Origin: an uncultured Chloroflexus sp.
Lineage (GTDB): Bacteria; Chloroflexota; Chloroflexia; Chloroflexales; Chloroflexaceae
DNA length: 64,000 nt
Direction of reading: 5' to 3'
Assembly: GCF_937129525.1 (NCBI RefSeq)
Contig: NZ_CAKZNK010000046.1
Span: 24,681-88,680, forward strand
Below, piece after piece: positions 1 to 10,071 of this stretch. Below the pieces are notes generated by a model. The model saw nothing but the letters and a program-made list of their open reading frames with translations, did no database searches and was not told the DNA's origin. Position 1 is the stretch's first letter. Every line of letters begins with the position of its first letter. Both the position numbers and the translations under genes were made by a program.

Positions 1-65
1 AGATCGAACGCTTCGTGGAGCGACAACAATGGGGTTCGACCGATCAGATCAAGCAGTCTGGTCAT
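1..65 (-). CDS. N-terminal fragment of a cysteine synthase-like PLP-dependent enzyme (runs off the window edge)
   Basis: A minus-strand ATG at 65..63 opens MTRLLDLIGRTPLLSLHEAFD. This resembles the conserved L-IG-TPL-x-L N-terminal motif of CysK/CysM-type enzymes. Only 21 codons are visible, and the ORF is absent from the track because it is truncated. Confidence 0.4.
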   Translation of the reverse strand, partial: MTRLLDLIGRTPLLSLHEAFD

Positions 66-125
66 AAAGCTGGCTCGCTTTCACCGGGAAGCCGGCGATA
101 GAGCAAAAGGCATTGCGCTGGGACA

Positions 126-518
126 TCAATTCGCCTGATGCCGTTCGGCCAGTCGCGCCGCCGTCTTCAACACCTTGAACGCCAACGTTGCACAGTGTGG
201 CCGTGCCTGCATAATCTCTGATCCAACAATATCGGGCGCTGACGCTTCATCAAGCGCCAGCAAGTCGGCGAGCGTCGCGCCTTGCAATTGTTCGATCAGA
301 ATCGAAGCCGTGCCGATGCTGACACTGCACCCCTGTCCGGTAAATTGCAAACCTGCAAGCCGACCATCGCTGGCAACCTGCAAATAGACAGTTATGGTAT
401 CGCCGCAATCAGGAACACCGCCGCTGTACGACACTGCATCAGCCAGTTCGCCGTAGTGTCGCGGTTGTCGATAATGATCGAGCAGACGTTCAATAGCATC
501 GTGATGATCGATCGGCAT
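126..518 (-). CDS. SufU/IscU-family Fe-S cluster scaffold paralog (NifU N-terminal-like)
   Basis: 130-aa ORF with three scaffold cysteines in the expected contexts (VPDCGD, GQGCSVS, RPHCATLAF). It is collinear with the SufU-like ORF at 3452..3844. Confidence 0.8.
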   Translation of the reverse strand: MPIDHHDAIERLLDHYRQPRHYGELADAVSYSGGVPDCGDTITVYLQVASDGRLAGLQFTGQGCSVSIGTASILIEQLQGATLADLLALDEASAPDIVGSEIMQARPHCATLAFKVLKTAARLAERHQAN

Positions 519-604
519 AGAGTCCCGACCAGTAACAATATAAAATGGAGCGAATGAACGAAAGTAGATGCCAGTCGTTCATTCGCCCCCGGCTTATGAA
601 CGGA

Positions 605-1468
605 CTAGACGTTCTTTTCGATTGGCAAACCTACGCTGTTGCCCCACTCCGTCCAACTACCATCGTAGTTGCGCACCTGCGGATAGCCAAGCAGGTAGGT
701 CAACACAAACCAGGTATGGCTGCTGCGTTCACCGATCCGGCAGTAGGCAATCACCTCTTTATCGGGTGTAATCCCTTGCGAAGCGTACAGCTCGCGCAGC
801 TCCTCGGCGCTCTTGAACGTGCTGTCTTCATTGACAGCCCTGGCCCAAGGAATATTCACTGCCGTCGGGATGTGACCGCCGCGCAGCGTGCCCTCCTGCG
901 GATAGTCAGGCATATGCGTGCGTTCGCCGCTATATTCTTGCGGACTGCGCACATCAACCAGCGCACCTTTGCGCTGGCGCACAAACTCGAGCACCTGATC
1001 GCGGAAAGCGCGAATGCGCGCATCATCACGCGGCGGCGCCACATAATTGCCGAGCGGGTACGAGGGCACCTCACGAGTAAGTGGCCGCCCCTCAGCGATC
1101 CACTTTGCCCGCCCGCCATTCATAATCCGCGCGTCCCGATGACCGAACAGCTTGAAAACCCAAAATGCATACGTTGCCCACCAGTTATGCTTGTCACCGT
1201 ACAACACGACGGTCGTGTCATTGCTGATGCCCTTGGCGCGCATGAGCGCAGCGAACCGATCAGAGTCGAGGTAATCGCGCACCACCGGATCGTTGAGATC
1301 CTGGACCCAGTCGATCTTAACGGCGCCGGGAATGTGGCCCGTTTCGTACAACAGCAAGTCCTCATCGGTTTCGACGATGCGAACGTTAGGATCGTTCAAA
1401 TGATCGGCAACCCATTGGGTTTCAACCAGCGCCTCAGGATGGGCATAACCACTCATAATAACCTCCAC
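605..1468 (-). CDS. Tandem-rhodanese sulfurtransferase (thiosulfate/3-mercaptopyruvate type)
   Basis: 287-aa ORF with two rhodanese modules. The C-terminal active-site loop is CRIGERSSH (CRxGxR[ST] type). Confidence 0.85.
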   Translation of the reverse strand: MEVIMSGYAHPEALVETQWVADHLNDPNVRIVETDEDLLLYETGHIPGAVKIDWVQDLNDPVVRDYLDSDRFAALMRAKGISNDTTVVLYGDKHNWWATYAFWVFKLFGHRDARIMNGGRAKWIAEGRPLTREVPSYPLGNYVAPPRDDARIRAFRDQVLEFVRQRKGALVDVRSPQEYSGERTHMPDYPQEGTLRGGHIPTAVNIPWARAVNEDSTFKSAEELRELYASQGITPDKEVIAYCRIGERSSHTWFVLTYLLGYPQVRNYDGSWTEWGNSVGLPIEKNV

Positions 1469-1549
1469 CTGATCAACAGTATCGCGCAGCGTTCATCGTC
1501 ATTGCTCGATGCTGTCATTGTAGCGCACCTTACCCTATTAGTCAAGTTC

Positions 1550-1879
1550 TTACGCTGAAAACTCAACAAATATTCGCCCATCGCGCACCTCGCTGCGGTA
1601 GGTCGCTACCGGCGCGAACGCCGGCAAGGTACGCGGCTTGCCAGTGCGCAAATCAAACAGTGAGCCGTGCATTGGACACTCAACGCACAACTCTTCGCAA
1701 TCGACCTCACCTTCGCTCAGCGATGCTTCGTCGTGCGAACAGCGGTCATCAATCGCGTACACTTCGTGATCAGACACCCGAAAGATGGCGATCCGATGCT
1801 CGCCGACTGTAAACGCGCGTCCACTCCCAACCGGCACTTCGTTCACATCACAGACATCAATCAGTTCCATTGAATCCAC
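1550..1879 (-). CDS. Rieske [2Fe-2S] ferredoxin-like protein
   Basis: 109-aa ORF carrying the Rieske ligand pattern CSH...(17)...CPMH. It lies directly downstream of sufB on the same strand. Confidence 0.8.
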   Translation of the reverse strand: MDSMELIDVCDVNEVPVGSGRAFTVGEHRIAIFRVSDHEVYAIDDRCSHDEASLSEGEVDCEELCVECPMHGSLFDLRTGKPRTLPAFAPVATYRSEVRDGRIFVEFSA

Positions 1880-1999
1880 TCCACTCTCCTTGTCAAAACA
1901 CAGCGCTCAAACAGTCAGAAAAAAGGTATCTGACGATGAACAACACGAGCGCTCCCATAGCGCGGGAGCGCTCGCTCATACCATCCCTCTAGACAAACT

Positions 2000-3448
2000 C
2001 TATCCGACCGAACCTTCCATCTCCAGTTGGATCAGGCGGTTTAACTCAACAGCATACTCCATCGGTAGCTCACGAGTGAACGGCTCCATGAAACCAAGCA
2101 CAATCATCGAGAGCGCATCCGACTCAGAAATGCCGCGGCTCATCAGGTAGAAAAGCTGCTCAGCGCCGATACGACCAACGGTCGCCTCGTGAGCCAGCGT
2201 GCAGCGATCCTCTTCAATCTCGATGTAGGGAATAGTATCAGAGGCCGACTTCTCATCGAGGATCAGCGCGTCACAGTTGACGTTGATCTTCGCGCCGTAA
2301 GCGCCAGGCGCCACCTTCGCCAGACCGCGGTATGTCGTCTTGCCACCGTCCTTGCTCACCGACTTGTTGGTGATGCGTGAAGTAGTCTCCGGCGCCAGAT
2401 GCACCATCTTCGCGCCGGCGTCCTGATGCTGACCGCGCCCGGCATACGCCACCGAGAGCACCTCGCCACGCGCCTTGCGGCCCATCAGGTAGACTGAGGG
2501 GTACTTCATGGTCAGCTTCGAGCCGATATTGCCATCAACCCACTCCATACTGGCCTCTTCGTAGGCCACGGCCCGCTTGGTCACCAGATTGAAGATATTG
2601 TTGGCCCAGTTCTGGATCGTCGTGTAGCGGAATTTGCCACCCTTCTTAACGATCACCTCAACCACCGCCGAGTGGAGCGAGTTAGTACTGTAGATCGGCG
2701 CGGTGCAACCTTCGATGTAATGCGCCTCGGCGCCCTCATCGATGATAATCAATGTGCGCTCGAACTGACCCATCCGCTCGGCATTGATGCGGAAGTAGGC
2801 TTGCAAAGGAATATCAACCTTGACCCCCTTCGGCACATAGACGAACGAACCGCCCGACCAGACAGCCGTATTCAGGGCCGCGTACTTGTTATCAGCCGCC
2901 GGCACAATCGTACCAAAGTACTCCTTGAAGAACTCAGGGTACTCCTTCAGCGCAGTGTCAGTATCAAGGAAGATCACTCCCTGCCTGGCCCACTCTTCGC
3001 GGAGCGAGTGATACACCACTTCCGACTCATACTGCGCGCCGACACCGGCAAGAAACTTGCGCTCAGCCTCAGGAATGCCCAACCGCTCGAAGGTGTTCTT
3101 GATCTCCGGCGGCACTGCATCCCAGTCGGTCTGCGGACGCTCATTCGCGCGCACGAAGTAGTGAATATCGTCGTAATTCAGCTCGGCCAGTTCAGGGTTT
3201 GCCCAGGTGCCGGTAATCGGCGTTGGCTTCTTGTTAAAGATCTCAAGCGCGCGCAATCGCCGCTTCAGCATCCACTCTGGCTCACCCTTCATGCCCGAAA
3301 GTTCGCGCACGATGCGCTCGTTCAAACCTTTCGGCGCTTTATAGATATAGCGCTCTTCCTGGCGAAAGCCATAGCGCGAGTAATCAAACTGGAGATTCAC
3401 TGCTTCACTAACCACTGCTTCTCTCCTTGTATAACTATCAACTGCCAC
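2000..3448 (-). CDS. sufB: Fe-S cluster assembly protein SufB
   Basis: 482-aa ORF with a full-length SufB-like sequence ([38 protein letters not shown]). The start is GTG at 3448. An alternative GTG at 3415 is preceded by AAGGAG. Confidence 0.93.
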   Translation of the reverse strand: MAVDSYTRREAVVSEAVNLQFDYSRYGFRQEERYIYKAPKGLNERIVRELSGMKGEPEWMLKRRLRALEIFNKKPTPITGTWANPELAELNYDDIHYFVRANERPQTDWDAVPPEIKNTFERLGIPEAERKFLAGVGAQYESEVVYHSLREEWARQGVIFLDTDTALKEYPEFFKEYFGTIVPAADNKYAALNTAVWSGGSFVYVPKGVKVDIPLQAYFRINAERMGQFERTLIIIDEGAEAHYIEGCTAPIYSTNSLHSAVVEVIVKKGGKFRYTTIQNWANNIFNLVTKRAVAYEEASMEWVDGNIGSKLTMKYPSVYLMGRKARGEVLSVAYAGRGQHQDAGAKMVHLAPETTSRITNKSVSKDGGKTTYRGLAKVAPGAYGAKINVNCDALILDEKSASDTIPYIEIEEDRCTLAHEATVGRIGAEQLFYLMSRGISESDALSMIVLGFMEPFTRELPMEYAVELNRLIQLEMEGSVG

Positions 3449-3451
3449 TAC

Positions 3452-3844
3452 TTACAGATCGTCATCCTCGTGACCCACTTCATACAACCCGGCCTTGAGC
3501 GCTTTCAGCGAGAGCAAGGCGCATTTCAACCGGGTAGGATTGTGGTTTAGCGGGATGCCGATAATATCGAGCAGGTCATCCTTGCTAAACTGCCTGGCCT
3601 CAGCAACCGGCTTACCCTTGATTGCCTCGGTGAGCAGCGACGCACTGGCCTGACTGATTGCGCAGCCGCGCCCGGTAAAGCGCACATCGGTAATGATGTC
3701 ATCGGCAATTGCCAGTTCAAGCCGAATCTGATCACCACACAATGGATTACGCTCTTCGCGCACTACCGTCGGCGCCGGTAGATGACCGTAATTGCGCGGA
3801 TGGCGCGCATGTTCGAGAATCTGTTCGCGATAGATGTCATCCAT
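3452..3844 (-). CDS. sufU: SufU-type Fe-S scaffold / sulfur acceptor
   Basis: 130-aa ORF with the motifs NPLCGD, GRGCAISQASAS and RLKCALLSL. It sits between sufS and sufB, as in sufCDSUB operons. Confidence 0.85.
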   Translation of the reverse strand: MDDIYREQILEHARHPRNYGHLPAPTVVREERNPLCGDQIRLELAIADDIITDVRFTGRGCAISQASASLLTEAIKGKPVAEARQFSKDDLLDIIGIPLNHNPTRLKCALLSLKALKAGLYEVGHEDDDL

Positions 3845-3862
3845 AACCGCTCTCGCTGCCGC

Positions 3863-5101
3863 TCAGGCAAAGATCTGCCGCGCTTTGTGCAAGCCCGAAA
3901 CCAACCGGTCGATCTCTTCAGGCAAATTGTAGAGATAGAAGCTGGCCCGTGTGGTCGCCGGCACACCGAGCACACGATGCAACGGCTGCGTACAGTGGTG
4001 ACCGGCTCGCACCGCCACTCCCTCTTGATCGAGGATTGCCGCAACATCGTGGGGATGCACACCCGCCAGGGTAAAACTCACCGCGCCACCGCGATCTAGA
4101 CCAGCCGGCGGCCCATACACGGTCAAGCCCGGCACTTCCGCCAACCGCGTCAGCGCATACGCAGTCAGCTCTTGCTCGTGATGGTGAATGGTCGCCAAAC
4201 CTACTTCGCGCAGGTAGTCAGCCGCTTCCCCAAGCGCAATCGCCTCGCCAATCGCCGGCGTCCCGGCTTCGAAGCGCGCCGGCGCTGCGGCAAACGTACT
4301 GTGATCCAGCTCAACCAGATCGATCATCGAGCCACCGCCAAGGAATGGCGGCATCGCATTGAGCAGCTCGCGTCGCCCCCACAACACACCAATGCCGGTA
4401 GGTCCACACATCTTATGCCCGCTGAAGGCCAGAAAATCAACTCCCAGCGCTTGCACATCAACCGGCATATGGGGCACACTCTGCGCTGCATCAAGCAACA
4501 CCCGCGCGCCAACCGCGCGCGCCCGCTCGACAATCGTCGTTACCGGGTTGATGGTGCCAAAAACATTGGATTGATGCGTGAATGCAACCATCTTGACCCG
4601 CTCATCGAGCAACCGATCGAGATCGTCGAGCGCCAGCCGCCCCTGACCATCGAACGGCAGGTAAACCAGCTCAGCGCCGGTGCGCTGGGCCAGTAATTGC
4701 CACGGGACGATGTTGGAATGGTGCTCCATCATCGTCAGCAAAATTCGATCACCGGCTCGAATATTGGCCCCACCCCAGGCATAGGCGACCAGGTTGATCG
4801 CCTCGGTGGTATTGCGCACGAAAACGACTTCGCGCTGGCTCGGCGCATTGATCAGTCGCGCTATTTTGCCACGCGCGCGCTCGTAGGCAAACGTCGCCTC
4901 TTCACTCAACCGGTAGACGCCGCGATGAACATTGGCATTGTAGCGCCGATAGTAATCCTCCAGCGTCTCGATCACGCGCCGCGGCTTCTGCGACGATGCC
5001 GCGCTATCAAGAAACGCCAACGGCTTTCCATGTACCTCCTGCTGAAGGATGGGAAAATCGCGCCGTAGCGTAAGGACATCAAACTGTGACAGAGTCGCCA
5101 T
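3863..5101 (-). CDS. sufS: Cysteine desulfurase SufS (class V aminotransferase)
   Basis: SufS-like sequence with the PLP lysine context FSGHKMCGPTG and the active-site Cys context RAGHHCTQP. I chose the ATG at 5101 (MATLSQFD..., preceded by GAAGAGG) rather than the track start at 5146. Confidence 0.9.
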   Translation of the reverse strand: MATLSQFDVLTLRRDFPILQQEVHGKPLAFLDSAASSQKPRRVIETLEDYYRRYNANVHRGVYRLSEEATFAYERARGKIARLINAPSQREVVFVRNTTEAINLVAYAWGGANIRAGDRILLTMMEHHSNIVPWQLLAQRTGAELVYLPFDGQGRLALDDLDRLLDERVKMVAFTHQSNVFGTINPVTTIVERARAVGARVLLDAAQSVPHMPVDVQALGVDFLAFSGHKMCGPTGIGVLWGRRELLNAMPPFLGGGSMIDLVELDHSTFAAAPARFEAGTPAIGEAIALGEAADYLREVGLATIHHHEQELTAYALTRLAEVPGLTVYGPPAGLDRGGAVSFTLAGVHPHDVAAILDQEGVAVRAGHHCTQPLHRVLGVPATTRASFYLYNLPEEIDRLVSGLHKARQIFA

Positions 5102-5230
5102 AGCTCTACCTCTTCTGGCACCGGCTATAAACCGACACCAGCGCATTTGGCGAGGCGCATCACCCGCGCGCTACAGAGTGGATGAGACTGGACAGGATCG
5201 GCATGCCAGTTACCCTGCCCAGCCATTCAA

Positions 5231-6460
5231 TCAAATCTTGGCGGCAATTTCGGCAATTAGCTCATTGCGCAGCTCTTCGAGCGGCACGGTCTCGAGCGCC
5301 GGCTCAAAGAAGCCCATCACAATCATTCGCTGCGCTTCTGCGCGCGGAATACCGCGCGTCTGCATATAGAAGAGCTGCTCTTGATCGATGTCACCGCTGG
5401 TCGAAGCATGACCGCCCTTCAGCACATCATTGGTGCTGATCATCAGACCGGGGATGCTGTCGTTTCGCGCTTTCGGGCTAAGATGCAACGCATGCTCTTC
5501 CAGACGGGTGCTGGTTGCCGCCGACTCATGCTCGATCTTGATCATGCCATCGAACACACTGTAGGCGGTATCGTTGACCACCGTCTTAAACTGCATGAAG
5601 CTCTCGCAATTGTGACCAACGTGACGCATCCACGGCGCAATGACCAGATGCTGCGTATCGGCTGCAAAGGTCGCGCCAAGCCAGTTGAGACGCGAACCAT
5701 TGCCTGCCAGCGTCGTCTCTGCTTCGATATGCTGCACCTGCCCGCCAAGCTGGATCGATGTCCACTCAATGTTAGCATCACGCCCCAGAATTGCGCGCTG
5801 ACCACCCAAATGGTAGACACCGGCCCCCCAGTGCTGAATGCTGACAAAGCGAACACTGGCGCCATCACCAACGAACAGCTCGCTGATCGGGCCGGCGAAA
5901 GAACCCATGCGCAAATCGGGAGAAACAAACTCCTCGATTAGCGTTACGCTGGCCTGCGGCTCGACAATCACCAGTGTGCGCGGGAAGATTGCGATCCCAT
6001 CAGCTCCCAGCGTGTAGATCAGGCGCAGCGGCATCTCGATCGACACACCCTTCGGCACGTAAAGCAACGCGCCATCTTGCCAGAGCGCAGCTCGCAACGC
6101 GCTAAATTTATGCTTCAACGGCTCAACTGCCGTGTCAAGATACTTTTGAATCAGCGCCTCGTGGGTGCGTAACGCTGCTGCCAGTGTCGTGAAGACCACA
6201 CCTTGCGCTGCCAGGGCAGGATCCCACTGGATAGCGGTTGCATGCGCCCCATCTGAGGGTGCAATCGTCGTCGGGTCGAGCTTGCTCAGATCGGTGCGCC
6301 GCCACTCCGGCGGATTCATCTGCGCAAACGCCAGCCATGCCTCACGGCGTCGCTCAGTCAGCCATTCCGGCTCGCCGGCAGATTGCGAGCGAGCTACGAC
6401 CATCTCGGCGCTGATCTCATTCAGGGTTGGCAATGTCGTTGTCATGCGCATCTCCCTCAT
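5231..6460 (-). CDS. sufD: Fe-S cluster assembly protein SufD
   Basis: 409-aa ORF with the SufB/SufD beta-helix family C-terminus ([16 protein letters not shown]). Its start shows a 4-nt ATGA overlap with the sufC stop. Confidence 0.9.
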   Translation of the reverse strand: MREMRMTTTLPTLNEISAEMVVARSQSAGEPEWLTERRREAWLAFAQMNPPEWRRTDLSKLDPTTIAPSDGAHATAIQWDPALAAQGVVFTTLAAALRTHEALIQKYLDTAVEPLKHKFSALRAALWQDGALLYVPKGVSIEMPLRLIYTLGADGIAIFPRTLVIVEPQASVTLIEEFVSPDLRMGSFAGPISELFVGDGASVRFVSIQHWGAGVYHLGGQRAILGRDANIEWTSIQLGGQVQHIEAETTLAGNGSRLNWLGATFAADTQHLVIAPWMRHVGHNCESFMQFKTVVNDTAYSVFDGMIKIEHESAATSTRLEEHALHLSPKARNDSIPGLMISTNDVLKGGHASTSGDIDQEQLFYMQTRGIPRAEAQRMIVMGFFEPALETVPLEELRNELIAEIAAKI

Positions 6461-7236
6461 GCCGCACCGGTCAGCTCCTCGCGGAGCCAGTCGTAACCCT
6501 TCTCTTCCAGTTCGAGCGCCAGTTCGGGGCCACCCTCGCGCGCGATCCGGCCATCCATCATCACCGACACCACATCAGGCTTGATGTAGTTGAGCAATCG
6601 CTGATAGTGGGTAATGACCAGCACACCCATGTGCGGCCCGGCCAGACGATTCACGCCGTTGGCAACAATTCGCAGCGCGTCAATATCCAGCCCCGAATCG
6701 GTCTCATCTAACACGGCCATTGACGGCTTGAGAAGCGTCATCTGCAAAATTTCAAGTCGCTTCTTCTCGCCGCCGCTGAAGCCATCATTGAGATACCGAC
6801 GGGCAAAGCTCTCGTCCATATCGAGCAGATTCAGGCCTTCGCGCAACAATTTGCGGAATTCAGCCGCCGGAATGGCTGTCTCTTTCGGATCTTTACCCTC
6901 TTCAGCGCGATGGGCATTAATTGCGGCGCGCAAGAAATTCGCTACCGTCACTCCCGGCACGGCAACCGGATACTGGAAAGCCAGGAAGATCCCCAGGCGG
7001 CTACGCTCATCTGGCTCAAGTTCGAGCAGATTATGGCCTTTGTACCAGATCTCGCCACCGGTCACTTCATACGAGGGATGACCGGCAATAATATATGACA
7101 GCGTACTCTTTCCGCTTCCATTAGGACCCATAATTGCGTGGATCGAACCCTGGCGCACGGTCAGATTTACGCCGCGCAGAATCTCTTTATCACCAATCCG
7201 CGCGTAAAGATCTTTGATGACCAGATCGTTGCTCAT
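6457..7236 (-). CDS. sufC: Fe-S cluster assembly ATPase SufC
   Basis: 259-aa ABC-type ATPase with Walker [10 protein letters not shown], the signature FSGGEKKR and Walker [12 protein letters not shown]. Confidence 0.95.
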   Translation of the reverse strand: MSNDLVIKDLYARIGDKEILRGVNLTVRQGSIHAIMGPNGSGKSTLSYIIAGHPSYEVTGGEIWYKGHNLLELEPDERSRLGIFLAFQYPVAVPGVTVANFLRAAINAHRAEEGKDPKETAIPAAEFRKLLREGLNLLDMDESFARRYLNDGFSGGEKKRLEILQMTLLKPSMAVLDETDSGLDIDALRIVANGVNRLAGPHMGVLVITHYQRLLNYIKPDVVSVMMDGRIAREGGPELALELEEKGYDWLREELTGAA

Positions 7237-7269
7237 GTGCTCCTCAGTAGATACTACAAAAATCCATTC

Positions 7270-7947
7270 CTAAACATCGGTATGAGAGTCGGCAGCCGGC
7301 GGCGTTACCGTAAGCGGAATATCTTGCGGGCGCAGCACAAACCGGCAATTGTGCGCCCCTGCCCGAATGGTATCTTCGAGCACGAGCTTTTCCCCCAGCA
7401 CGTACTCGATCATTCGCCGCTCCATCGAGCAGACTTCGGGATGATCGGCTGCCACGTCGTAGTACGGACAGGCGAACAGGCGCAAGACATCACCTTCTGG
7501 ATCGATCTCTGCCGGCACACCGCGCTGCTCAAGCAAGGCGCGCAACTCATTCAGCCGCGCCGCCACGTCAACGCCGGCCATGCGATCGGCATACTCACTC
7601 GCCAGGCGCTGACTTACCCGATCGAGCAATTGCTCAACCTTACCTTCGCCTTCCAGTTCGATCAGCTCGCGCAACAGACTGCTGATCAGCCGATCGTACT
7701 GCTTGGGGAAGGATTTTTGCGCTTTCTCAGATAGTGAATAGACCAACCGCGGACGGCCCGGCCCATTGCGCTCACTGGTCACCTCGACCATATCTTCAGC
7801 CTGAAGATGCACGAGATGATCACGCACCGCTGTCGTGCTGACCCCAAGCAGGTCGGCCAGCTCTTTGACGGTGGCCCTGCCGTGGCGTTGCAGGTAGCGC
7901 AAGATGATACCGGCTGGACTGTCAGATGGATAACGTGAGATTTCCAT
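7270..7947 (-). CDS. sufR: SufR-like winged-helix transcriptional regulator
   Basis: 225-aa ORF with an N-terminal HTH (ATVKELADLLGVSTTAVRDHL). The C-terminal cysteines are CPYYDVAADHPEVC (C-x12-C) plus a third Cys (AHNCRF). It is the first gene of the suf block. Confidence 0.6.
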   Translation of the reverse strand: MEISRYPSDSPAGIILRYLQRHGRATVKELADLLGVSTTAVRDHLVHLQAEDMVEVTSERNGPGRPRLVYSLSEKAQKSFPKQYDRLISSLLRELIELEGEGKVEQLLDRVSQRLASEYADRMAGVDVAARLNELRALLEQRGVPAEIDPEGDVLRLFACPYYDVAADHPEVCSMERRMIEYVLGEKLVLEDTIRAGAHNCRFVLRPQDIPLTVTPPAADSHTDV

Positions 7948-7976
7948 AGTCGCACTACTCCGAACTACTATTCATC

Positions 7977-8005
7977 AGTCTACCAGCATTTTGAGCTATT
8001 GTCAA
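7977..8005 (-). promoter_or_regulatory. Candidate sigma-70-type promoter of the sufR-suf block
   Basis: The minus strand reads TTGACA - 17 nt - TAGACT, about 25 nt upstream of the sufR ATG. Confidence 0.4.
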
Positions 8006-8112
8006 TAAAAAAGCCAAAAACCTTTTTTATTCCCCAGACGAGGCTTCATCGGCCTTCGAATGGCGCCTTGTGGTTGAACCCTTTGCTCAATCTAGAAAGT
8101 GTAATTTTGTAA

Positions 8113-8141
8113 TTGACATTACGTGCAATCGCAGCTACACT
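8113..8141 (+). promoter_or_regulatory. Candidate sigma-70-type promoter for the DUF4177 gene
   Basis: TTGACA (8113..8118) - 17 nt - TACACT (8136..8141). Confidence 0.45.
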
Positions 8142-8234
8142 ACTCATGTGCCCGACAGACCGGGACACATCGGCAAGCAAAGAAAAGGGGTGATCGGCGC
8201 CACGGTCGCCCCACTTATCACAAGGAGCATCCGT

Positions 8235-8498
8235 ATGCGTTGGGAGTACAAAGTGGTGTTCGTCGAGGCGTGGCAGCGCGTCTCGGTAGAAGGGCGCGAA
8301 CGTTATCCTGAAGCAGGCGAACGTAACACCGGCTTTGCCCGTCGCTTTCTCAACGAGCTAGGGGCAGAGGGCTGGGAAGTGACCGGGGTGCAGGCAGTGA
8401 TGCCGGGACGCAGCTACGTGATTCTCAAGCGTCCGCTTGCCGAAGGCGCTGAACCCGATCTGTCGGTATCGCGTCGCCCCAATCCGAATGCGCCGTAG
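8235..8498 (+). CDS. DUF4177-like small protein
   Basis: The ATG at 8235 is preceded by AAGGAG (8222..8227). The 87-aa product MRWEYKVVFVEAW...LNELGAEGWEVTGV has the DUF4177 look. The longer 142-aa track ORF has no RBS. Confidence 0.6.
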   Translation: MRWEYKVVFVEAWQRVSVEGRERYPEAGERNTGFARRFLNELGAEGWEVTGVQAVMPGRSYVILKRPLAEGAEPDLSVSRRPNPNAP

Positions 8499-8530
8499 CA
8501 TAATGGCGGATATGCTTGCTTAAGCAAGAG

Positions 8531-8581
8531 GCTGCGCAGACATGGATCCTGACATCGTTCCAATCTGTCTGCGCAGCTTTT
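8531..8581 (+). terminator. Intrinsic terminator-like hairpin after the DUF4177 gene
   Basis: A 12-bp stem GCTGCGCAGACA / TGTCTGCGCAGC is followed by TTTTCT. The loop is long (about 24 nt). Confidence 0.55.
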
Positions 8582-8612
8582 CTCGTGCTGGTCGCTCGCG
8601 AATTGTCGGTTA

Positions 8613-9827
8613 TCACCGGCTACCGTCACGTGGGTCGCGGCGCGGCGACACGCGCGGGCCGCGGGTGGTAAAGATGCCCCCTTCGGCGGCATTACTTCGC
8701 TCGTGCGTCAGACTGATGCTAGGAGGTTGCGGCCCATCGCTTTGACCGACCGCCAGTCGTTGCAATTCGCTTTGCCGCAACTCTTCAGCCCGATCGATCA
8801 ACTCGGGCGCTTCATCGTAATAGAATTGCAGGGCCTGACCGTGCTGATCCACCCCGGTGTAGCGCAATTCGACGATACTGCCAGAAGGAATACCACCCGA
8901 AGCAAGTAGATCGGCCAGCGGCGCTTCGATGTCTTTCAAAATCCGCTGTCGCAAAGGGCGCGCTCCAAATCGCGAGTCGAATCCTTTCGTGAGCAGGTAT
9001 TCTTTGGCTTCCGGCGTGACCCGCAACTGTACGGCGTAACGCAGATATTGCTGGTTGCACTCGGCGATCATCCGATCAAAGACCTGACTCAGCACGTCAG
9101 CCGAGAGCGGACGGAACGCGATAATCTCGTCGAGGCGGTTGATCCATTCTGGCTGGAATACCTTCTGCAATGCTTCAAAGCCGATCTGGTAGATTTCGCG
9201 ACCCGTGGCTTCAACGTCTTTATGCGGAGTGCGAAACCCAATTGTGCGCCGGTCGAGGAAATCGACCATCTCTTTAGCGCCAACGTTCGTAGTGAAGATG
9301 ACAATACTCTGATGAAAACTTACCCGTCGGCCACCGTTGAGCAGTAAAATCTCTCCGTCCTCCATGACCTGCAAGAGCAGATTCCACAGTTCCGGCTGCC
9401 CTTTCTCTATTTCGTCAAACAGTACGACACTGTTTTCTTGCTCGATGATGTCAGGATTGAGTAACGGCTTCTGGTCGCGGCCAACATAGCTCGGCGGCGC
9501 GCCAACCAGAGCGCTTACCTCATGACCCTGACTGAACAGCGAACAGTCGATCTTGAGAAATGCGCTCCCATCAGGACGGAGTAATTCGGCCAGCGCGCGC
9601 GCTGTGGCGGTTTTGCCAACACCGGTGGGGCCGAGGAAGAGAAGTGTAGCGCGAGGTCGTCGAGTATTTCCGGCTGAGAAACCAAAGCGCGACCGGTTGA
9701 GCACCCGGATCACACTTTCGATAGCCCGTTCCTGACCAAAAATCTGCTCGCGCAACTGACGTTCGATCAGGTCAAGCGGGTTCTTATCGCCACGCACCGC
9801 CAGCTTCATCTCACTCTTTTCAGTCAT
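8613..9827 (-). CDS. Stand-alone ClpA/ClpB NBD2-type AAA+ ATPase
   Basis: Walker A LGPTGVGKT, Walker B VVLFDEIEK, sensor/D2-small ARPLRQRI. The ATG at 9827 is preceded by GGAGG. There is no N-domain, NBD1 or coiled coil. Confidence 0.85.
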   Translation of the reverse strand: MTEKSEMKLAVRGDKNPLDLIERQLREQIFGQERAIESVIRVLNRSRFGFSAGNTRRPRATLLFLGPTGVGKTATARALAELLRPDGSAFLKIDCSLFSQGHEVSALVGAPPSYVGRDQKPLLNPDIIEQENSVVLFDEIEKGQPELWNLLLQVMEDGEILLLNGGRRVSFHQSIVIFTTNVGAKEMVDFLDRRTIGFRTPHKDVEATGREIYQIGFEALQKVFQPEWINRLDEIIAFRPLSADVLSQVFDRMIAECNQQYLRYAVQLRVTPEAKEYLLTKGFDSRFGARPLRQRILKDIEAPLADLLASGGIPSGSIVELRYTGVDQHGQALQFYYDEAPELIDRAEELRQSELQRLAVGQSDGPQPPSISLTHERSNAAEGGIFTTRGPRVSPRRDPRDGSR

Positions 9828-10023
9828 AACGCCTCCCCTGCCGGCAACCGGCAACTTTCCAGCCATTGCTCAAGTGCCGGGTGAAGCGCTTTGTCTGCAT
9901 CACAATCCTGGGATGTGCGCCCTACCACCCGCTCAACGCCCCCAACGCTCTTTGCCGCTATCAATGAGAAGTGTAGTGCTTCCTTTTCCACCAGGGTTTT
10001 TGTTTGATCTATATATTGCCTGT

Positions 10024-10032
10024 ATTGTACCA
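10024..10032 (-). promoter_or_regulatory. Candidate extended -10 promoter element upstream of the AAA+ ATPase gene
   Basis: The minus strand reads TGgTACAAT (a TGn extended -10) about 190 nt upstream of the ATG at 9827. There is no good -35. Confidence 0.3.
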
Positions 10033-10071
10033 CTCCCCTTTTATCTGTGAACAAAGTTAATAAAACTGTTA

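Noticed and set aside
1-101. Plus-strand open frames at the left edge as the 3' end of an upstream gene.
   Set aside because: All three plus frames are open and show no motif. The minus-strand reading gives a recognisable cysteine-synthase-like N-terminus starting at 65.
545-1558. Long antisense ORFs opposite well-supported genes. Examples are 545..1558 (+), 19918..20784 (-), 47277..48065 (+), 58447..59295 (-), 61443..62183 (-) and 62396..63415 (-).
   Set aside because: Each lies fully within a gene whose product has clear family motifs on the other strand. Their translations are Arg/Ala/Pro/His-rich with no recognisable motifs. This is typical of shadow frames in GC-rich DNA.
9828-10023. 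A CIRCE/HrcA operator or a known riboswitch in the AAA+ ATPase leader.
   Set aside because: There is no TTAGCACTC-N9-GAGTGCTAA-like inverted repeat, and I could not recognise any conserved riboswitch core by eye.
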